DNA of 64,000 nucleotides from Clostridia bacterium. GTDB lineage: Bacteria > Bacillota > Clostridia > Oscillospirales > QAKW01. The DNA lies in contig JAFTZM010000041.1 of the NCBI GenBank assembly GCA_017464525.1, positions 12,435 to 76,434 on the forward strand. Direction: 5' to 3'. The notes below the pieces were generated by a model, which saw only the letters and a list, made by a program, of their open reading frames with translations, was not told the DNA's origin and searched no databases. Below are positions 1-10,349 of the stretch, piece after piece. Numbering within the stretch: the stretch's first letter is position 1; each line of letters starts with the position of its first letter. Position numbers and translations under genes: made by a program.

Positions 1-3000
1 AGGCAGTCGCCATGGTTTTAGAGGCGATGAAGCCCACATTAATGCGAACCTGATCCACCGCAGTATTGATCCGGCTATCGCTGACGGTGCAGTTCCGCAG
101 GGTAAAGTTTCCATCGTTGAAGCGAGGCTGCGCCACGATGATGCCGATGCCGTTATTGGTACCGGTCTTATTAAAGGTACTGTTTTTTACATGGACATTT
201 TCGATCAGGCTTTCGGTACCGTAGGTATTGCCCGCCACGATGGCGCTCCAGCCGTTGGCGGTGACCTCCGCATTTTCAACGGTAAAATTCTTAAGAGTAC
301 CGCTCAGCATGGGGAACAGCGCCGTTCTATCGGCGGAGTCGTTGATCACCATATTCCGGATAGTATAGTTTTGACCGTCGTAGGTCATAGCAAAGGGTGC
401 CAGAACGCCGATCCGGAGATTGGGCTCTTCTTTCAGATCGAGATCCACCGTTTGCAAAGCTGTTGCATCAGTGGTAAACAGCTGGTGATCCACCGCCGTG
501 GACAGCGCCGAAAGATCCTCGGCATTCGATACCGTGAAGGTCTTTTGCGCGCGGTACCACAGGTTCTTTACCGCCACGGAAACCGGAATTTCCTTAGCCT
601 GGGCCAGCAATGCTGCAGCTGCCTCCAGGGCTGCTGGATCCTCCCCTGCAGCGGCCACGGCACTTTGGAAGGCGGCATAGGATTCAGCGGTAAAGTAGAC
701 GGCATCCAGGGTATTGGCATCCGCCTTCAAAGCGGCCGCTTTTGCGGCAACATAGTTGCTGCCTTCATAAGCAGTCATCGTTTGCATAAAGGCGGCGATA
801 TAAGGCGTCAGAATATCATAGCCTGCCGCATTGGGATGCAGGTTATCCGGCAGGTAGGTGCTGGTGGTGACCTGAAGCGCTTCGTTCAAAGCGGCATCGT
901 CGTACATACTATAGAAGGCCACATCCCATTTTTTGCAGATCTCTTTAGCGATGGCCGCATAGGCCGACATATCCCGGCCGCCTTTATACGGACAGTTGGG
1001 CACCTGGAAATTAAAGAGATAGCCGATGGCCGCCTGATCGCCGTAAAGGGTAACAGCATGATAAATGGTCTGCTCCAATGCACCTGCATAGGTGGTAATA
1101 TCAAAGGTAATCGGATCAAAGGAATCGGAGACCGCGCCGGTTGCCACATATTTATTGGCATCATTGACGCCGCCGTGCAGCATCACATAATCAAAATCCA
1201 TGCCCTCTGCCGCCTGCAGTTGGCTCAGAATACGGCCCGGCGCCGTTGTAACGCCGACTGTAGAGATGGTACTGCCGCTGACGCCGTTGTTGGCGGAGAT
1301 CATGCCATAATCATCGGCAAGTCTGCCTGCCCATGCGCGGCGGTTATTGGCATCGTCCTTGGCACCGAAGGTGATGGAATCGCCCACAAACAGTGCGGTT
1401 TTTCCGTAAAGTCCGGTCAAGGGACCAAATTGCGCCGTGAGAACCGTATCGGCGGTATAGGTCTCCGCCCCGTTCTCCCAGCCCTTAAAGAACATATTTT
1501 CCGCCGGAATGGGGTCTGTTACCGTGCCGATGGGCTTGCCCTCGTAATCGGTATAGAGGGTGGCCACCGTTGCGCCGTCCTGCTGATAGGTCAGCTGAAC
1601 CGGGGCGTTCTGACCCAGCATGAGCCTGCCATCCTTCATGCACCATTCTGCTGCCGCCACATTGCCGTCCACGCCGTTTTTAGAAAGCAGATAGGCGGCC
1701 TTGCCGCCGGTAACATCAGCTGCGGCGATCTGGGTGCCGTAAGAGGAGGTGCCGGTGACATAATAGCAATTTTTGATGTTTTGAGCCAACGTATTGGTCA
1801 ACGTATTGACCGTGGTTCCGGAAACGGTGCCGGTATTGATGCAATTCAGCAAAGAGGTTTTTGCATTATTCGTCATGGTACCGGCGATTCCGCCCGCCTT
1901 CACTCCGGTCACATCGCCGCCGTTATAGCAATTAACGATCTGATAGTTGGCTGCTGTACTCGTACCGAAACCGCCAACGATTCCGCCCATGTTCACCTTT
2001 CCCACACCGGTAACGGAAGCCATGTTCCAGCAATTATAAATATTCGCTCTCCAGGTGCCGCCAACGATGGCACCTCCCGCAACGGTCCCGCCGGTACTGG
2101 TCAGGCGGATACTGCCGCTGGCTACGCCCAGGTTCTGAACCACGCCGCCGGTTTGCAGTGCGGAGATCACGCCTGCCGACACATCGGTAACGTCAATATA
2201 CAGATTCTTCAGGGCATGACCCTTACCGTCCAGATTGCCCTTGAAATTCACGATGGGCTCAAAGAGGTTTTCTGATCCGCCCATATCGATATCATTCAGC
2301 AGATAAATATTATATCCGGCGTAATCGTTGGATCCGTGGGTTCCGAATATCCCTTCTTTCCCCATTTCGCGCAGCAGATCCATTCCCGCCCGGTCGGAAA
2401 CGCCAAAGCTCTTTCCGCCGAAGGATTGATACAGATCGTAGTCCTTGATGTTAGGAACATGGGGGTAGGTATTTTTCAGGGTGAGGTTTTCTGCGAAATC
2501 GCTCAAGGCGTCAATATAGGAGCCATAGACGGTTTCATCGCCCTTTTGATAAGCGGCAGAAGCCTCCTCATAGGTCTTCTTGCCTTCATCGCCGCCCACA
2601 AACAGGGAGAGATCATATTGACCCAATTCCTCCAGCAGTTCTGCCAGCTTTTCCTCTTCGGCAGAAACGCTGAACACGGGATGGGCGGCACCCTGCTCCA
2701 TCAGCAGGGCATCTGCCACCGTGCCGTCGGTAAATGCGGCGGCAGTAGCGGAGGAGGTGCCGGTCCATTGGGTGCTGCTGCCGGCATAGGTATCTAAGTA
2801 GAAGCAATTCTCTGTTTTGGCCGAGGTCGTATTGCCATAGTGAACGATGGACATGGTGATCCCGTCACTATTGATCGCGATCAGCTCACCCATATTATAG
2901 CAATCGGTCACAACTGCGGCATTTGCATTGCTCTGCCCCCAGGAGCAGATTCCCGCCGAGCCGCTCAGGCTGGCAATGGTACCCACGTTATAGCAATGGC

Positions 3001-6000
3001 GGATGGTGCCGCTGTTCCGCAGATTTCCTGCAATACCGGCCGCACCGTCGGTGGTTTTGATTCCGGAAATGCGGGCTTCATTCCAGCAGTATTCGATCAG
3101 CGTGCCGCCATCGGCATAGCCGGCAATACCGCCCGCCACGCTGGAGCCGGTAACGCTACCGCTGACCCCGAGCCGACGGATGGTTGCACCATAGGTGACA
3201 TCAAAGACGCCGGAGCCCTTATCGGCGTTTACGATATTGACGTTTTTCAGCATATAATAGTTGCCCTCAAAGGTGCCTTTGAAGGCACGGCTATAGTCCG
3301 AGGTGCTTATATAAGCACCCACGCCGGACATTTTCAGCCCCTGAAAATCCAGGTCGTTTTTCAGGCAGACCGTCACCCCGGTAAAGGTCACGCCGCTTTC
3401 CACCAGCTCCGCAAAATACAGCCATTCGGAAACGGTGGTGATCTGGTATGCTTTAGAGGTAGGATCGGTGGCGTAATCCTTCATGGCCACCGTTCCCTCT
3501 TCGGCCTCTGCGCCCTTCACCGTCAGAGCGTCCATGGCACTCTCCAATGCGGCGATATGCTCTGCGGTCTGCGCATCGGTATAAGCGTATTCCTTCAGGT
3601 AATCGGTTGCATTCTGATAAGCCGTTTCCAAGGCATCGGTGTTGCCAAACTGATCCTGATAAAATTCCGGATCGATCTCGTTGACCTTATCTGCCAGCAA
3701 AGAGGCATCCTGAGACAGCCCACCGGTAAAGACATAGGTGCCGCTCATGATCTCATAGACATTGGCACTCTCCTCGCTGCCCTTGGCAGTCACGCAGGTC
3801 ATATCGGCAGGTACGCCGTTGCCGGGGGCATAAACGGTGGCGGTAGCGTTGGCAGGAACGGTGACCGTCCAGGTATAGGTGCCGTCTTTAATGCTCCAGT
3901 TGCTGGTGATCTTGCCGTATGGGCTGTCGTAGGAGGCGTTGATATGCTCCAAAGCGTCGTTGATCAGCGGCTTCATGATCAAATGATGGTAGCCGGGATC
4001 AGCCGGATCCGGCTGAATACCCGCCGCCTCTTCAAAGATCCATTCCACAATGGAGCCCCGGGCATAATGGTTATAGGAATTCATGGTAGAGCCCAGCTGA
4101 GAGTTGGCGCCCAATCCGCCGCCGGCGATATAGGCATTCCAGCGTTCCCAGATGGTGGTAGCACCGTTGACTACCGAATACCCCCAGGAGGGATACTCGG
4201 TCTGCAGCAGCAACGCATAAGCCAGATCCTCGCAGCCATGCTGTGCCAGGGTGGTGCAGATGAAGTTGGTACCCAAAAAGCCGGTGGTCAGCTTATTGCC
4301 GTTGGCGCGGATCTTTTCGGCCAACCGGGCGGCAGCCTTTTGCTCCAGCACCGGATCCTCCAGGAGATCGAAGGAAAGGGAAAGGATATAGGCAGTCTGC
4401 GTATCCCCCAAAATCATTCCGTTTTCGGCAACAAACTCATTCTTATATTGCTCCCGGATCTGAAGGAACAGATCTTCATAATATTCTGCATCCTCGGTTT
4501 CCCCGATGATCGCCGCCATCTTCGCCAACAGCTTGGTGGAATAGGCGAAATAGGCCGTAGAGGTCACGGGGATCGGGGTGGTCTCGCCCACGGGGATCCA
4601 ATCCCCATAGAGATCGCTGCGGATGATCAGGCTGCCGGTTTCCTCATATCCGGCTTTTTGCATCCGGGCGCCGATCCAGCCCTTCATATTTTCAAAATAG
4701 GTTTCGATCACCTCCGTATCCCCATAATTTGTATACAAGATCCAGGGGATCACAACGGCGGCATCTGCATAGCCCGCCGCCCCGGAGGAGGCCTTTTTGA
4801 CGCTGCGGTTGGGAGCATAATCCGAGATCTCACCGTTGGGGCCCTGCTCTTCAAACAGTACGGAAAGATACTGATTCAGGAAGGCGTTCACATCCGCATT
4901 CAGCGTAGCGGTACCGGCAAATACCTGAGCATCACCGGTCCAGCCCAGGCGCTCATCCCGCTGGGGGCAATCAAGCGGAAGGCTCATGTAATTGGAGATC
5001 TGGCTCCAAAGCACGTTGCTATAGATCTGATCCACCAGATCACTGGAGGTATCCAGGGAGGAGGTGATACCGGAAATACTGCTCCATACCACACCGGTCA
5101 GATCCTCCGCCTTGGGCTCATAACCTAAGCCGGTAACCTCCACATAGCGGAAGCCGTGGAAAGTGAAGCTGGGCGTGTACTCCATTTCGCCGTCAGCACC
5201 GAAAATATAATAATCGGTCGCGTGGGCGGTACGGAGATTGGCGGTATACAGCTGGCCTTCCAGCTCACCGTCATTTTCATCATAGAGCATCTCGCCGTAA
5301 CGAAGACGCACCGTTTGCCCCTTTTCGCCGGTGGCTTTCAAGGTTACCACACCGGCAAAGTTCTGGCCCATATCAAAGATATAAGAATCCTCCCCGACCT
5401 TGGTAACAGACTTGGGGGTAAGGGTATCATAAACGCGGATCGGCTCATAGGACTGCGCCTTGAGCTCCACCGCCGCGAGATCAATATTGGTGCGGATGGT
5501 GTCCTCGGTGGCCAGGTTGGCTGCTGACCAGGAAGAGGCATCAAAGCCGGGCAGATTCCAGCCGGTTTGCTCCCGGGCGGCATCATAAGTCTCCCCGTTT
5601 TGAAGATCGGTCACCAGATACGGAGTATCGGTAGTGCATTTCCAGTTATCGTCAGTCTTGATTACCTGCCGGGTACCATCGGTATAGGTAATCACCAACT
5701 GACCCTTGAAGGCTACGTCAACGCCGTAGAACTGATAATTGACGTTACCTTCGCCGATATGGCCGGCATACCAACCGTCGCCCACTACCGCGCCGATGGC
5801 GTTATTGCCGATTTGCAGCAGATCGGTCACGTCATAGGCCTGATAATCGATGCGGTCGAAATATTCCGTCCAGCCGGGAGCCAGCTTATCCTCGCTGACG
5901 GCCTGCCCATTGATATAGGCCAAGTAGGTGCCCAAGGAGGTGGCATACAGCCGCGCCTTGGCAACCGTCTTTCCGCTTTCCAGCGAAAACTCGGTGCGGA

Positions 6001-6985
6001 ACATGGGGGCACCCTTCTGCTCCACGTCTCGGGTAAAGAGGCAGGTTTTTTCCAGATACAGGGCGCCATCCTGGGTGCGGCCGGTGCCGAAGGGATCCAG
6101 GTGATCCTCAAAATCAGCGGCGATCAGCGTATTGCCATCGCTATCCGTTAATTTATAATTATCGATCCAGGCGATCTCACTATCGGCTTTGGTCTGCCGG
6201 AAGCCCACCTGAGTCAAGGTGGCCATTGCATGGGTGCGGGTATCCACCAAAGCGCCATCGATATAGGTTTTGACCTCGCCGCCGCTGCTGACATCAAGCT
6301 TCAGCTTATGCCAATCGTTGCGGGCAGTCCAGGTGATCTGCTCAGTGATATCGATGCTCGCCAGCTGAGAAGCCGCTCCGCTCTCGATGGCATAGGGGCG
6401 CAGATAAACCTTTTCGCCGGAAGCGCCCGTAGCGATATTGATCTGCCAGAACAAAAGGTTGCGCGCGTCGGTTCCGCCGAAAACAAGGGAAAAGGCGGTA
6501 GAATCGATCTTAAAATCCGTTTCAACAGTAAATCCGGAGGAAGGGGCGGCACTCCGCTTTGCGGCACTGATGAGAGGAGCGTCAAATTCCGCGCCATCCA
6601 TAAAAGCGGTTTCAAACCAGGACTTGGCGGTGGCGGTCTCCCCTGACTCATTCCATACCGTTACTTCCCAATCGTAGCGTGAAGTCGATAAAAGGGCATC
6701 GCCGGCATAGGTTACCTTGGCGGAATCTCCTTCCACCTTGCCGGTGTTCCACACCTCGGTATCGCCCAACAGAACCCGCAGCTGATAAGCCGTCTGGTAA
6801 GCCCCCTTGGCCGCAGATTCCATCCGCCAGGTGAAGGAGGGGGTCTGATTATCAACTGTCATGGGGTTCTCCATCTGGTTGACCTTCAGATCGGTCACCA
6901 ACCAGCCGCCTTCTGCGAAGGCAAGCGGGATGGAGGTCAAAATCATTGCTAAAGCCATAATCATACTCCAAATTCTTTTTTTCAT
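1..6985 (-). CDS. Secreted multidomain carbohydrate-active enzyme, 3'-truncated by the window edge: signal peptide + GH78 alpha-L-rhamnosidase + GLUG-like repeat modules + SGNH/GDSL esterase + further GLUG-like repeats
   Basis: Absent from the ORF track because it has no stop inside the window. Reading the reverse complement from the ATG at 6985-6983 (SD GAGGTG 7 nt upstream), the frame stays open to position 2. I spot-checked the frame at 2-190, 2282-2340, 2762-2860, 5102-5170, 5522-5580, 6122-6240 and 6602-6720. Translation gives MKKRIWSMIMALAMILTSIPLAFAEGG (signal peptide), SRYDWEVTVWNESGE, FHGFRYVEVTG, and LPLDCPQRDERLGWTGDAQVF (GH78 catalytic hallmark, about 4940-5000). Repeated GG(I/V)(A/V)G modules follow, then ALFVGDSITFG / NNGVSGST / DNLHPN (SGNH blocks, about 780-1420). 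All plus-strand ORFs at 191-6646 share one phase, as expected for shadow ORFs. Confidence 0.85.
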   Translation of the reverse strand, partial: MKKRIWSMIMALAMILTSIPLAFAEGGWLVTDLKVNQMENPMTVDNQTPSFTWRMESAAKGAYQTAYQLRVLLGDTEVWNTGKVEGDSAKVTYAGDALLSTSRYDWEVTVWNESGETATAKSWFETAFMDGAEFDAPLISAAKRSAAPSSGFTVETDFKIDSTAFSLVFGGTDARNLLFWQINIATGASGEKVYLRPYAIESGAASQLASIDITEQITWTARNDWHKLKLDVSSGGEVKTYIDGALVDTRTHAMATLTQVGFRQTKADSEIAWIDNYKLTDSDGNTLIAADFEDHLDPFGTGRTQDGALYLEKTCLFTRDVEQKGAPMFRTEFSLESGKTVAKARLYATSLGTYLAYINGQAVSEDKLAPGWTEYFDRIDYQAYDVTDLLQIGNNAIGAVVGDGWYAGHIGEGNVNYQFYGVDVAFKGQLVITYTDGTRQVIKTDDNWKCTTDTPYLVTDLQNGETYDAAREQTGWNLPGFDASSWSAANLATEDTIRTNIDLAAVELKAQSYEPIRVYDTLTPKSVTKVGEDSYIFDMGQNFAGVVTLKATGEKGQTVRLRYGEMLYDENDGELEGQLYTANLRTAHATDYYIFGADGEMEYTPSFTFHGFRYVEVTGLGYEPKAEDLTGVVWSSISGITSSLDTSSDLVDQIYSNVLWSQISNYMSLPLDCPQRDERLGWTGDAQVFAGTATLNADVNAFLNQYLSVLFEEQGPNGEISDYAPNRSVKKASSGAAGYADAAVVIPWILYTNYGDTEVIETYFENMKGWIGARMQKAGYEETGSLIIRSDLYGDWIPVGETTPIPVTSTAYFAYSTKLLAKMAAIIGETEDAEYYEDLFLQIREQYKNEFVAENGMILGDTQTAYILSLSFDLLEDPVLEQKAAARLAEKIRANGNKLTTGFLGTNFICTTLAQHGCEDLAYALLLQTEYPSWGYSVVNGATTIWERWNAYIAGGGLGANSQLGSTMNSYNHYARGSIVEWIFEEAAGIQPDPADPGYHHLIMKPLINDALEHINASYDSPYGKITSNWSIKDGTYTWTVTVPANATATVYAPGNGVPADMTCVTAKGSEESANVYEIMSGTYVFTGGLSQDASLLADKVNEIDPEFYQDQFGNTDALETAYQNATDYLKEYAYTDAQTAEHIAALESAMDALTVKGAEAEEGTVAMKDYATDPTSKAYQITTVSEWLYFAELVESGVTFTGVTVCLKNDLDFQGLKMSGVGAYISTSDYSRAFKGTFEGNYYMLKNVNIVNADKGSGVFDVTYGATIRRLGVSGSVTGSSVAGGIAGYADGGTLIEYCWNEARISGIKTTDGAAGIAGNLRNSGTIRHCYNVGTIASLSGSAGICSWGQSNANAAVVTDCYNMGELIAINSDGITMSIVHYGNTTSAKTENCFYLDTYAGSSTQWTGTSSATAAAFTDGTVADALLMEQGAAHPVFSVSAEEEKLAELLEELGQYDLSLFVGGDEGKKTYEEASAAYQKGDETVYGSYIDALSDFAENLTLKNTYPHVPNIKDYDLYQSFGGKSFGVSDRAGMDLLREMGKEGIFGTHGSNDYAGYNIYLLNDIDMGGSENLFEPIVNFKGNLDGKGHALKNLYIDVTDVSAGVISALQTGGVVQNLGVASGSIRLTSTGGTVAGGAIVGGTWRANIYNCWNMASVTGVGKVNMGGIVGGFGTSTAANYQIVNCYNGGDVTGVKAGGIAGTMTNNAKTSLLNCINTGTVSGTTVNTLTNTLAQNIKNCYYVTGTSSYGTQIAAADVTGGKAAYLLSKNGVDGNVAAAEWCMKDGRLMLGQNAPVQLTYQQDGATVATLYTDYEGKPIGTVTDPIPAENMFFKGWENGAETYTADTVLTAQFGPLTGLYGKTALFVGDSITFGAKDDANNRRAWAGRLADDYGMISANNGVSGSTISTVGVTTAPGRILSQLQAAEGMDFDYVMLHGGVNDANKYVATGAVSDSFDPITFDITTYAGALEQTIYHAVTLYGDQAAIGYLFNFQVPNCPYKGGRDMSAYAAIAKEICKKWDVAFYSMYDDAALNEALQVTTSTYLPDNLHPNAAGYDILTPYIAAFMQTMTAYEGSNYVAAKAAALKADANTLDAVYFTAESYAAFQSAVAAAGEDPAALEAAAALLAQAKEIPVSVAVKNLWYRAQKTFTVSNAEDLSALSTAVDHQLFTTDATALQTVDLDLKEEPNLRIGVLAPFAMTYDGQNYTIRNMVINDSADRTALFPMLSGTLKNFTVENAEVTANGWSAIVAGNTYGTESLIENVHVKNSTFNKTGTNNGIGIIVAQPRFNDGNFTLRNCTVSDSRINTAVDQVRINVGFIASKTMATA

Positions 6986-7097
6986 GTTTAGTCACCTCAA
7001 AACATTTACTTGATTTAATTATAAAAAATATGATATAATCATTCAAGCAATCATTTTGATGTTATTATATTATGATCATGATATTTCGGAGGTAATC

Positions 7098-7976
7098 ATG
7101 GAACTTCTATACCCTAGATTAAAGCAAGGCTGGCAATATGCGCTGAAAGCGCGGCGCTATGGCTTTCTGCTCTGCGATAACCCCATCTCCTACAAGCATA
7201 TCGGTAACTTTTTTGTGCTGACTTATGTTTTGCAGGGAGAGATGGATCATACTTATTTAGGAAAATCAACCCACTTCGTGCCCGGGGACTATTTCTTTTT
7301 GGATGTGGGGGTTGAGCGTAGCTATTTCGGCACGCCGGATCTGGTGGTGTTGAATTTCATGTTTTATCCCGAGGCGTTGGATCCATCCTATAAAAAGCAA
7401 ACGAGCCTTTCCCAGATCGCCAACAGCCCCACCTTCCGCTTTAACACACAAACCCTTCCGTTGCTGAACCGCCACAAGTTACACGATCATGATGGCAGCC
7501 TGCTACGCCATTTAGAGCAGATCCAATTAGAGATCCAGGAGAAAAAGCCGGGGCATCACCAAATGGAGCAAGCGCTGATCCAGCAGCTGGTGATCAACCT
7601 GATGCGAATGGACTACACCGCGCAGACCGAGGCTCACAACGACCCGCTGGCGCAGCAACTGCTGCAAGAGCTGGATGCCAACTATGCCGGGCACATCACA
7701 TTAAAAAGCATCGCGGATAAGCTGGGCTATTCCCCGGAACACCTGAGCCGAGAGTTCAAGCGGATCTTTAACACCAACTTCACCGAATATCTGCAATTGC
7801 TCCGATTGGCAAAAAGCTGCCGTTTACTGTTGGAGACCGATTGGGCCATCACGCAGATCGCAGCAGCAGTGGGTTATAATAATGTGCAATTTTATCACCG
7901 TGTATTTAAAAAATACTATCAGCTGACCCCATTGCAATACCGCAAAAAGAAAAGTTCCCATCAGCATCGGTCATAA
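7098..7976 (+). CDS. AraC-family transcriptional regulator, divergent from the GH78 gene
   Basis: The C-terminal double HTH reads ITLKSIADKLGYSPEHLSREFKRIF...ITQIAAAVGYNNVQFYHRVFKKYYQLTPLQYR. I moved the start to the ATG at 7098, which is preceded by GGAGG (7089-7093). The track start at 7056 lies in AT-rich promoter DNA. Confidence 0.85.
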   Translation: MELLYPRLKQGWQYALKARRYGFLLCDNPISYKHIGNFFVLTYVLQGEMDHTYLGKSTHFVPGDYFFLDVGVERSYFGTPDLVVLNFMFYPEALDPSYKKQTSLSQIANSPTFRFNTQTLPLLNRHKLHDHDGSLLRHLEQIQLEIQEKKPGHHQMEQALIQQLVINLMRMDYTAQTEAHNDPLAQQLLQELDANYAGHITLKSIADKLGYSPEHLSREFKRIFNTNFTEYLQLLRLAKSCRLLLETDWAITQIAAAVGYNNVQFYHRVFKKYYQLTPLQYRKKKSSHQHRS

Positions 7977-8065
7977 AAACAAAACAGGAATATACATCGG
8001 GTTGCAGCCACCCTCGGCGGTGATCTCCAGCACACAGCGGTTCTGTGATTGACACCCTTACCCAT

Positions 8066-8096
8066 AAAAAAACAGCGGCTTAGCCGCTGTTTTTTT
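8066..8096. terminator. Bidirectional intrinsic terminator between the araC-like and MATE genes
   Basis: AACAGCGGC-TTA-GCCGCTGTT forms a 9-bp stem. It is flanked by an A-run and a T-run. Confidence 0.75.
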
Positions 8097-9471
8097 ACGT
8101 TATAATATTCTTGACCCAAAAGCCCTGCTTGACCAGCAGCACCCCGAAGATGGCTTTAAAGAAGGCAATGCTCTGGATCACCGTAAAGATCCCCACAAAG
8201 GGAAGGACGGTAAAGTTACTGAGCAGGAACGCCAGCAGCACATTGATCCCCCACATAAAGCCGCAATCGAAGATGAAGGTCACCGCCATTTTGCCGCCGG
8301 ACCGCAGGGTAAAATAGGAGGCGTGGCAGATAGCATCAAAGGGCATGGCGACCGCCGAGATCTGCATAAGGGTGGTGGCCAACGCCCGGATCTCCGGCTC
8401 GGTGTTATAAAGCATCGGAATAAATTCCGCCGCCACCAGATACACCGCGCTGAACCCAATGCAGACCAAACAGGAGAAGGTGATGAGCTTATAGCTGGTC
8501 TCCTTGGCCTCCTTGAGCTTATTGGCGCCCAGCATCTGCCCCAGAATAATCGCGATGGCGGAACCCACCGCCATATAGGCAATGGAAAAGATGTTCCAGA
8601 AGGTCTGGGAGATATTCCCCGCCGCCACTGCATCCAACCCACGGACGGAATAGAACCGGTTGACCATAGCCACCCCGGCCGACCAAAGGGTCTCATTGGC
8701 CATCAGCGGCAGAGCCTTCAGGAACAGCTGCTTCACCAGCGCACCGGGGATATAAAGGCTCCGCAACGCCCCCTTCATAAAGGGATACTTCTTTTTGCGG
8801 AGATGGCTGACCGTCACCACAATGGCCAATTCCACAAACCGGGAAAGCACCGTAGCGATGGCCGCCCCCCGTACCCCCAGCACCGGAGCACCGAATTTAC
8901 CAAAGATCAGAATGTAATTGAAGGTCAGGTTGACCAGAACCGCCGCCACTCCGGCAATCATGGGCAGATTGGGGTGGCCGCTCTCCCGCAGGGTGCCGGA
9001 ATAGCATTGCACCGCCACAAAGGGTACCAGCCCCACCAACATGATCATCAGGTAGTCCTTGGCGCTTTGCATCGTCAGCGTGGGGTCGGTGAGCCCCTGC
9101 TCCCCCTGCATATATTGATTTAAGAGAAAATCTCCGCAAAAAACAAACAATAAGATCCCGGCCAGGGTGATCAGCCCGCCAAACAGCAGCTTGAAGCGGA
9201 AGGTGTAGCGCACCCCTTCATAGTCTCCCTTGCCAAAGAACTGGGCGCCGAAAATTCCTGCACCGCTCACCGCCCCGAAAATACATAGGTTAAACACAAA
9301 GATCAGCTGATTGGTGATGGCCACGCCGGTCATCTCCGGCGTTCCCACCCGGCCGATCATGATATTATCCAGCATATTTACAAAATTTGTGATGCCGTTC
9401 TGCACCATGATGGGCAGCATCAGCACCAAAAGACGCTTGTAAAACGCTTTGTCTCCAAATAATTTCCTCAA
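8095..9471 (-). CDS. MATE-family multidrug/toxin efflux transporter
   Basis: 458 aa and polytopic. The N-terminal LPIMVQNGITNFVNMLDNIMIGRVGTPEMTGVAITNQL pattern is typical of MatE repeats. Confidence 0.85.
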   Translation of the reverse strand: MRKLFGDKAFYKRLLVLMLPIMVQNGITNFVNMLDNIMIGRVGTPEMTGVAITNQLIFVFNLCIFGAVSGAGIFGAQFFGKGDYEGVRYTFRFKLLFGGLITLAGILLFVFCGDFLLNQYMQGEQGLTDPTLTMQSAKDYLMIMLVGLVPFVAVQCYSGTLRESGHPNLPMIAGVAAVLVNLTFNYILIFGKFGAPVLGVRGAAIATVLSRFVELAIVVTVSHLRKKKYPFMKGALRSLYIPGALVKQLFLKALPLMANETLWSAGVAMVNRFYSVRGLDAVAAGNISQTFWNIFSIAYMAVGSAIAIILGQMLGANKLKEAKETSYKLITFSCLVCIGFSAVYLVAAEFIPMLYNTEPEIRALATTLMQISAVAMPFDAICHASYFTLRSGGKMAVTFIFDCGFMWGINVLLAFLLSNFTVLPFVGIFTVIQSIAFFKAIFGVLLVKQGFWVKNIIT

Positions 9472-9486
9472 AAAACGCCTCCTGTT

Positions 9487-9696
9487 TTAAATCTCTGTTC
9501 CGTCTTCTAATACAAACTTGCCTACAAACTTTGCCCCGCAGGCTTCGGCTATCTTCTGAATATCCTTTTCGCAAAGATTATCCCTGGTCAGCTTGCCGCT
9601 GAGGTTTTGCGGAGAGGAATCGATCCTTTGAGCCAACTCAGTCAGTGAAATTTGCTTTGCCGCCATCAGCATCCGAACCTTTATTCCCATTCCCAT
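9487..9696 (-). CDS. Small XRE/Cro-type HTH transcriptional regulator, directly upstream of the MATE gene
   Basis: 69 aa with AAKQISLTELAQRIDSSPQNLSGKLTR (HTH_3-like). AAGGAG sits 8 nt upstream of the ATG. There is a 15-nt gap to the MATE start. Confidence 0.75.
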   Translation of the reverse strand: MGMGIKVRMLMAAKQISLTELAQRIDSSPQNLSGKLTRDNLCEKDIQKIAEACGAKFVGKFVLEDGTEI

Positions 9697-9862
9697 AAAC
9701 TCATCTCCTTTTTGGCCATTATATATGAAAAAAATTTAAAAATCAAATGTAAAATTTATAAATAAACGCTAAAATTAATTTTATATATTGACATTCTTAA
9801 TTTTTAAGTTTAGAATTACTTCGGATGATTAAAATTTATCTTTAAAACTTAAAGGAGTTGCC

Positions 9863-10141
9863 ATGAAAGATTTTTCTGATTATTTTACAGATTCTGTTTC
9901 AGAGCGCATCAATGATTGTTTATATGAGATGTCGTTGCGGGATGAGAGCTTCCGGAAGGCAATGGAGGACTACGACCGGGCGGTGGAGACCCTTCAAAAA
10001 CAGCTGCGCCCCGATTCTCCAAACGCTCTGCTGGAGCTTGAATATTGCCAGAATGCGGTGCGGGCCATGGAAAACGATTTTCTTTATCAGCAGGGGATGA
10101 AGGATTGTATTTTGGCGCTGAAGCTTCTCCGGATATTATAA
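9863..10141 (+). CDS. Hypothetical small helical protein, divergent from the XRE gene
   Basis: 92 aa, with AAAGGAG 6 nt upstream of the ATG. A TTGACA-17-TAGAAT promoter lies at 9789-9817. I recognise no motif. Confidence 0.5.
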   Translation: MKDFSDYFTDSVSERINDCLYEMSLRDESFRKAMEDYDRAVETLQKQLRPDSPNALLELEYCQNAVRAMENDFLYQQGMKDCILALKLLRIL

Positions 10142-10293
10142 CAGACGTGCTCGTATCAAATCAGGGTCGGGCGGCCAATTCAATTGGACGGTAGGATGTG
10201 AAAAAAGAAAGTTCAACGCCCCAACGCACAATTGAATTGTGCATTAGAGTGCAGATTTCCACCTCATCAGGGAGAATCCCCGGCATGGACTCC

Positions 10294-10336
10294 AAAATAA
10301 AACCCTTGGCTCCAAATAAATTGGGGTCAAGGGTTT
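10294..10336 (-). terminator. typA terminator hairpin
   Basis: On the minus strand AAACCCTTG...CAAGGGTTT forms a 9-bp stem followed by TATTTT, starting 14 nt after the typA stop. Confidence 0.55.
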
Positions 10337-10349
10337 CTCAAATACCGGG

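Noticed and set aside
191-6646. Plus-strand ORFs of 694, 762, 123, 194 and 138 aa from the track.
   Set aside because: All are in one phase and give low-complexity G/A/I/R-rich translations with no RBS. They mirror the genuine minus-strand GH78-SGNH gene, so they are shadow ORFs.
10175-10242. Two palindromes sharing CAATT(C/G)AATTG: CCAATTCAATTGG at 10175-10187 and GCACAATTGAATTGTGC at 10226-10242.
   Set aside because: They are short and AT-rich and lie in the gap between convergent genes. They are most simply weak 3'-end hairpins, and I have no evidence for a regulator.
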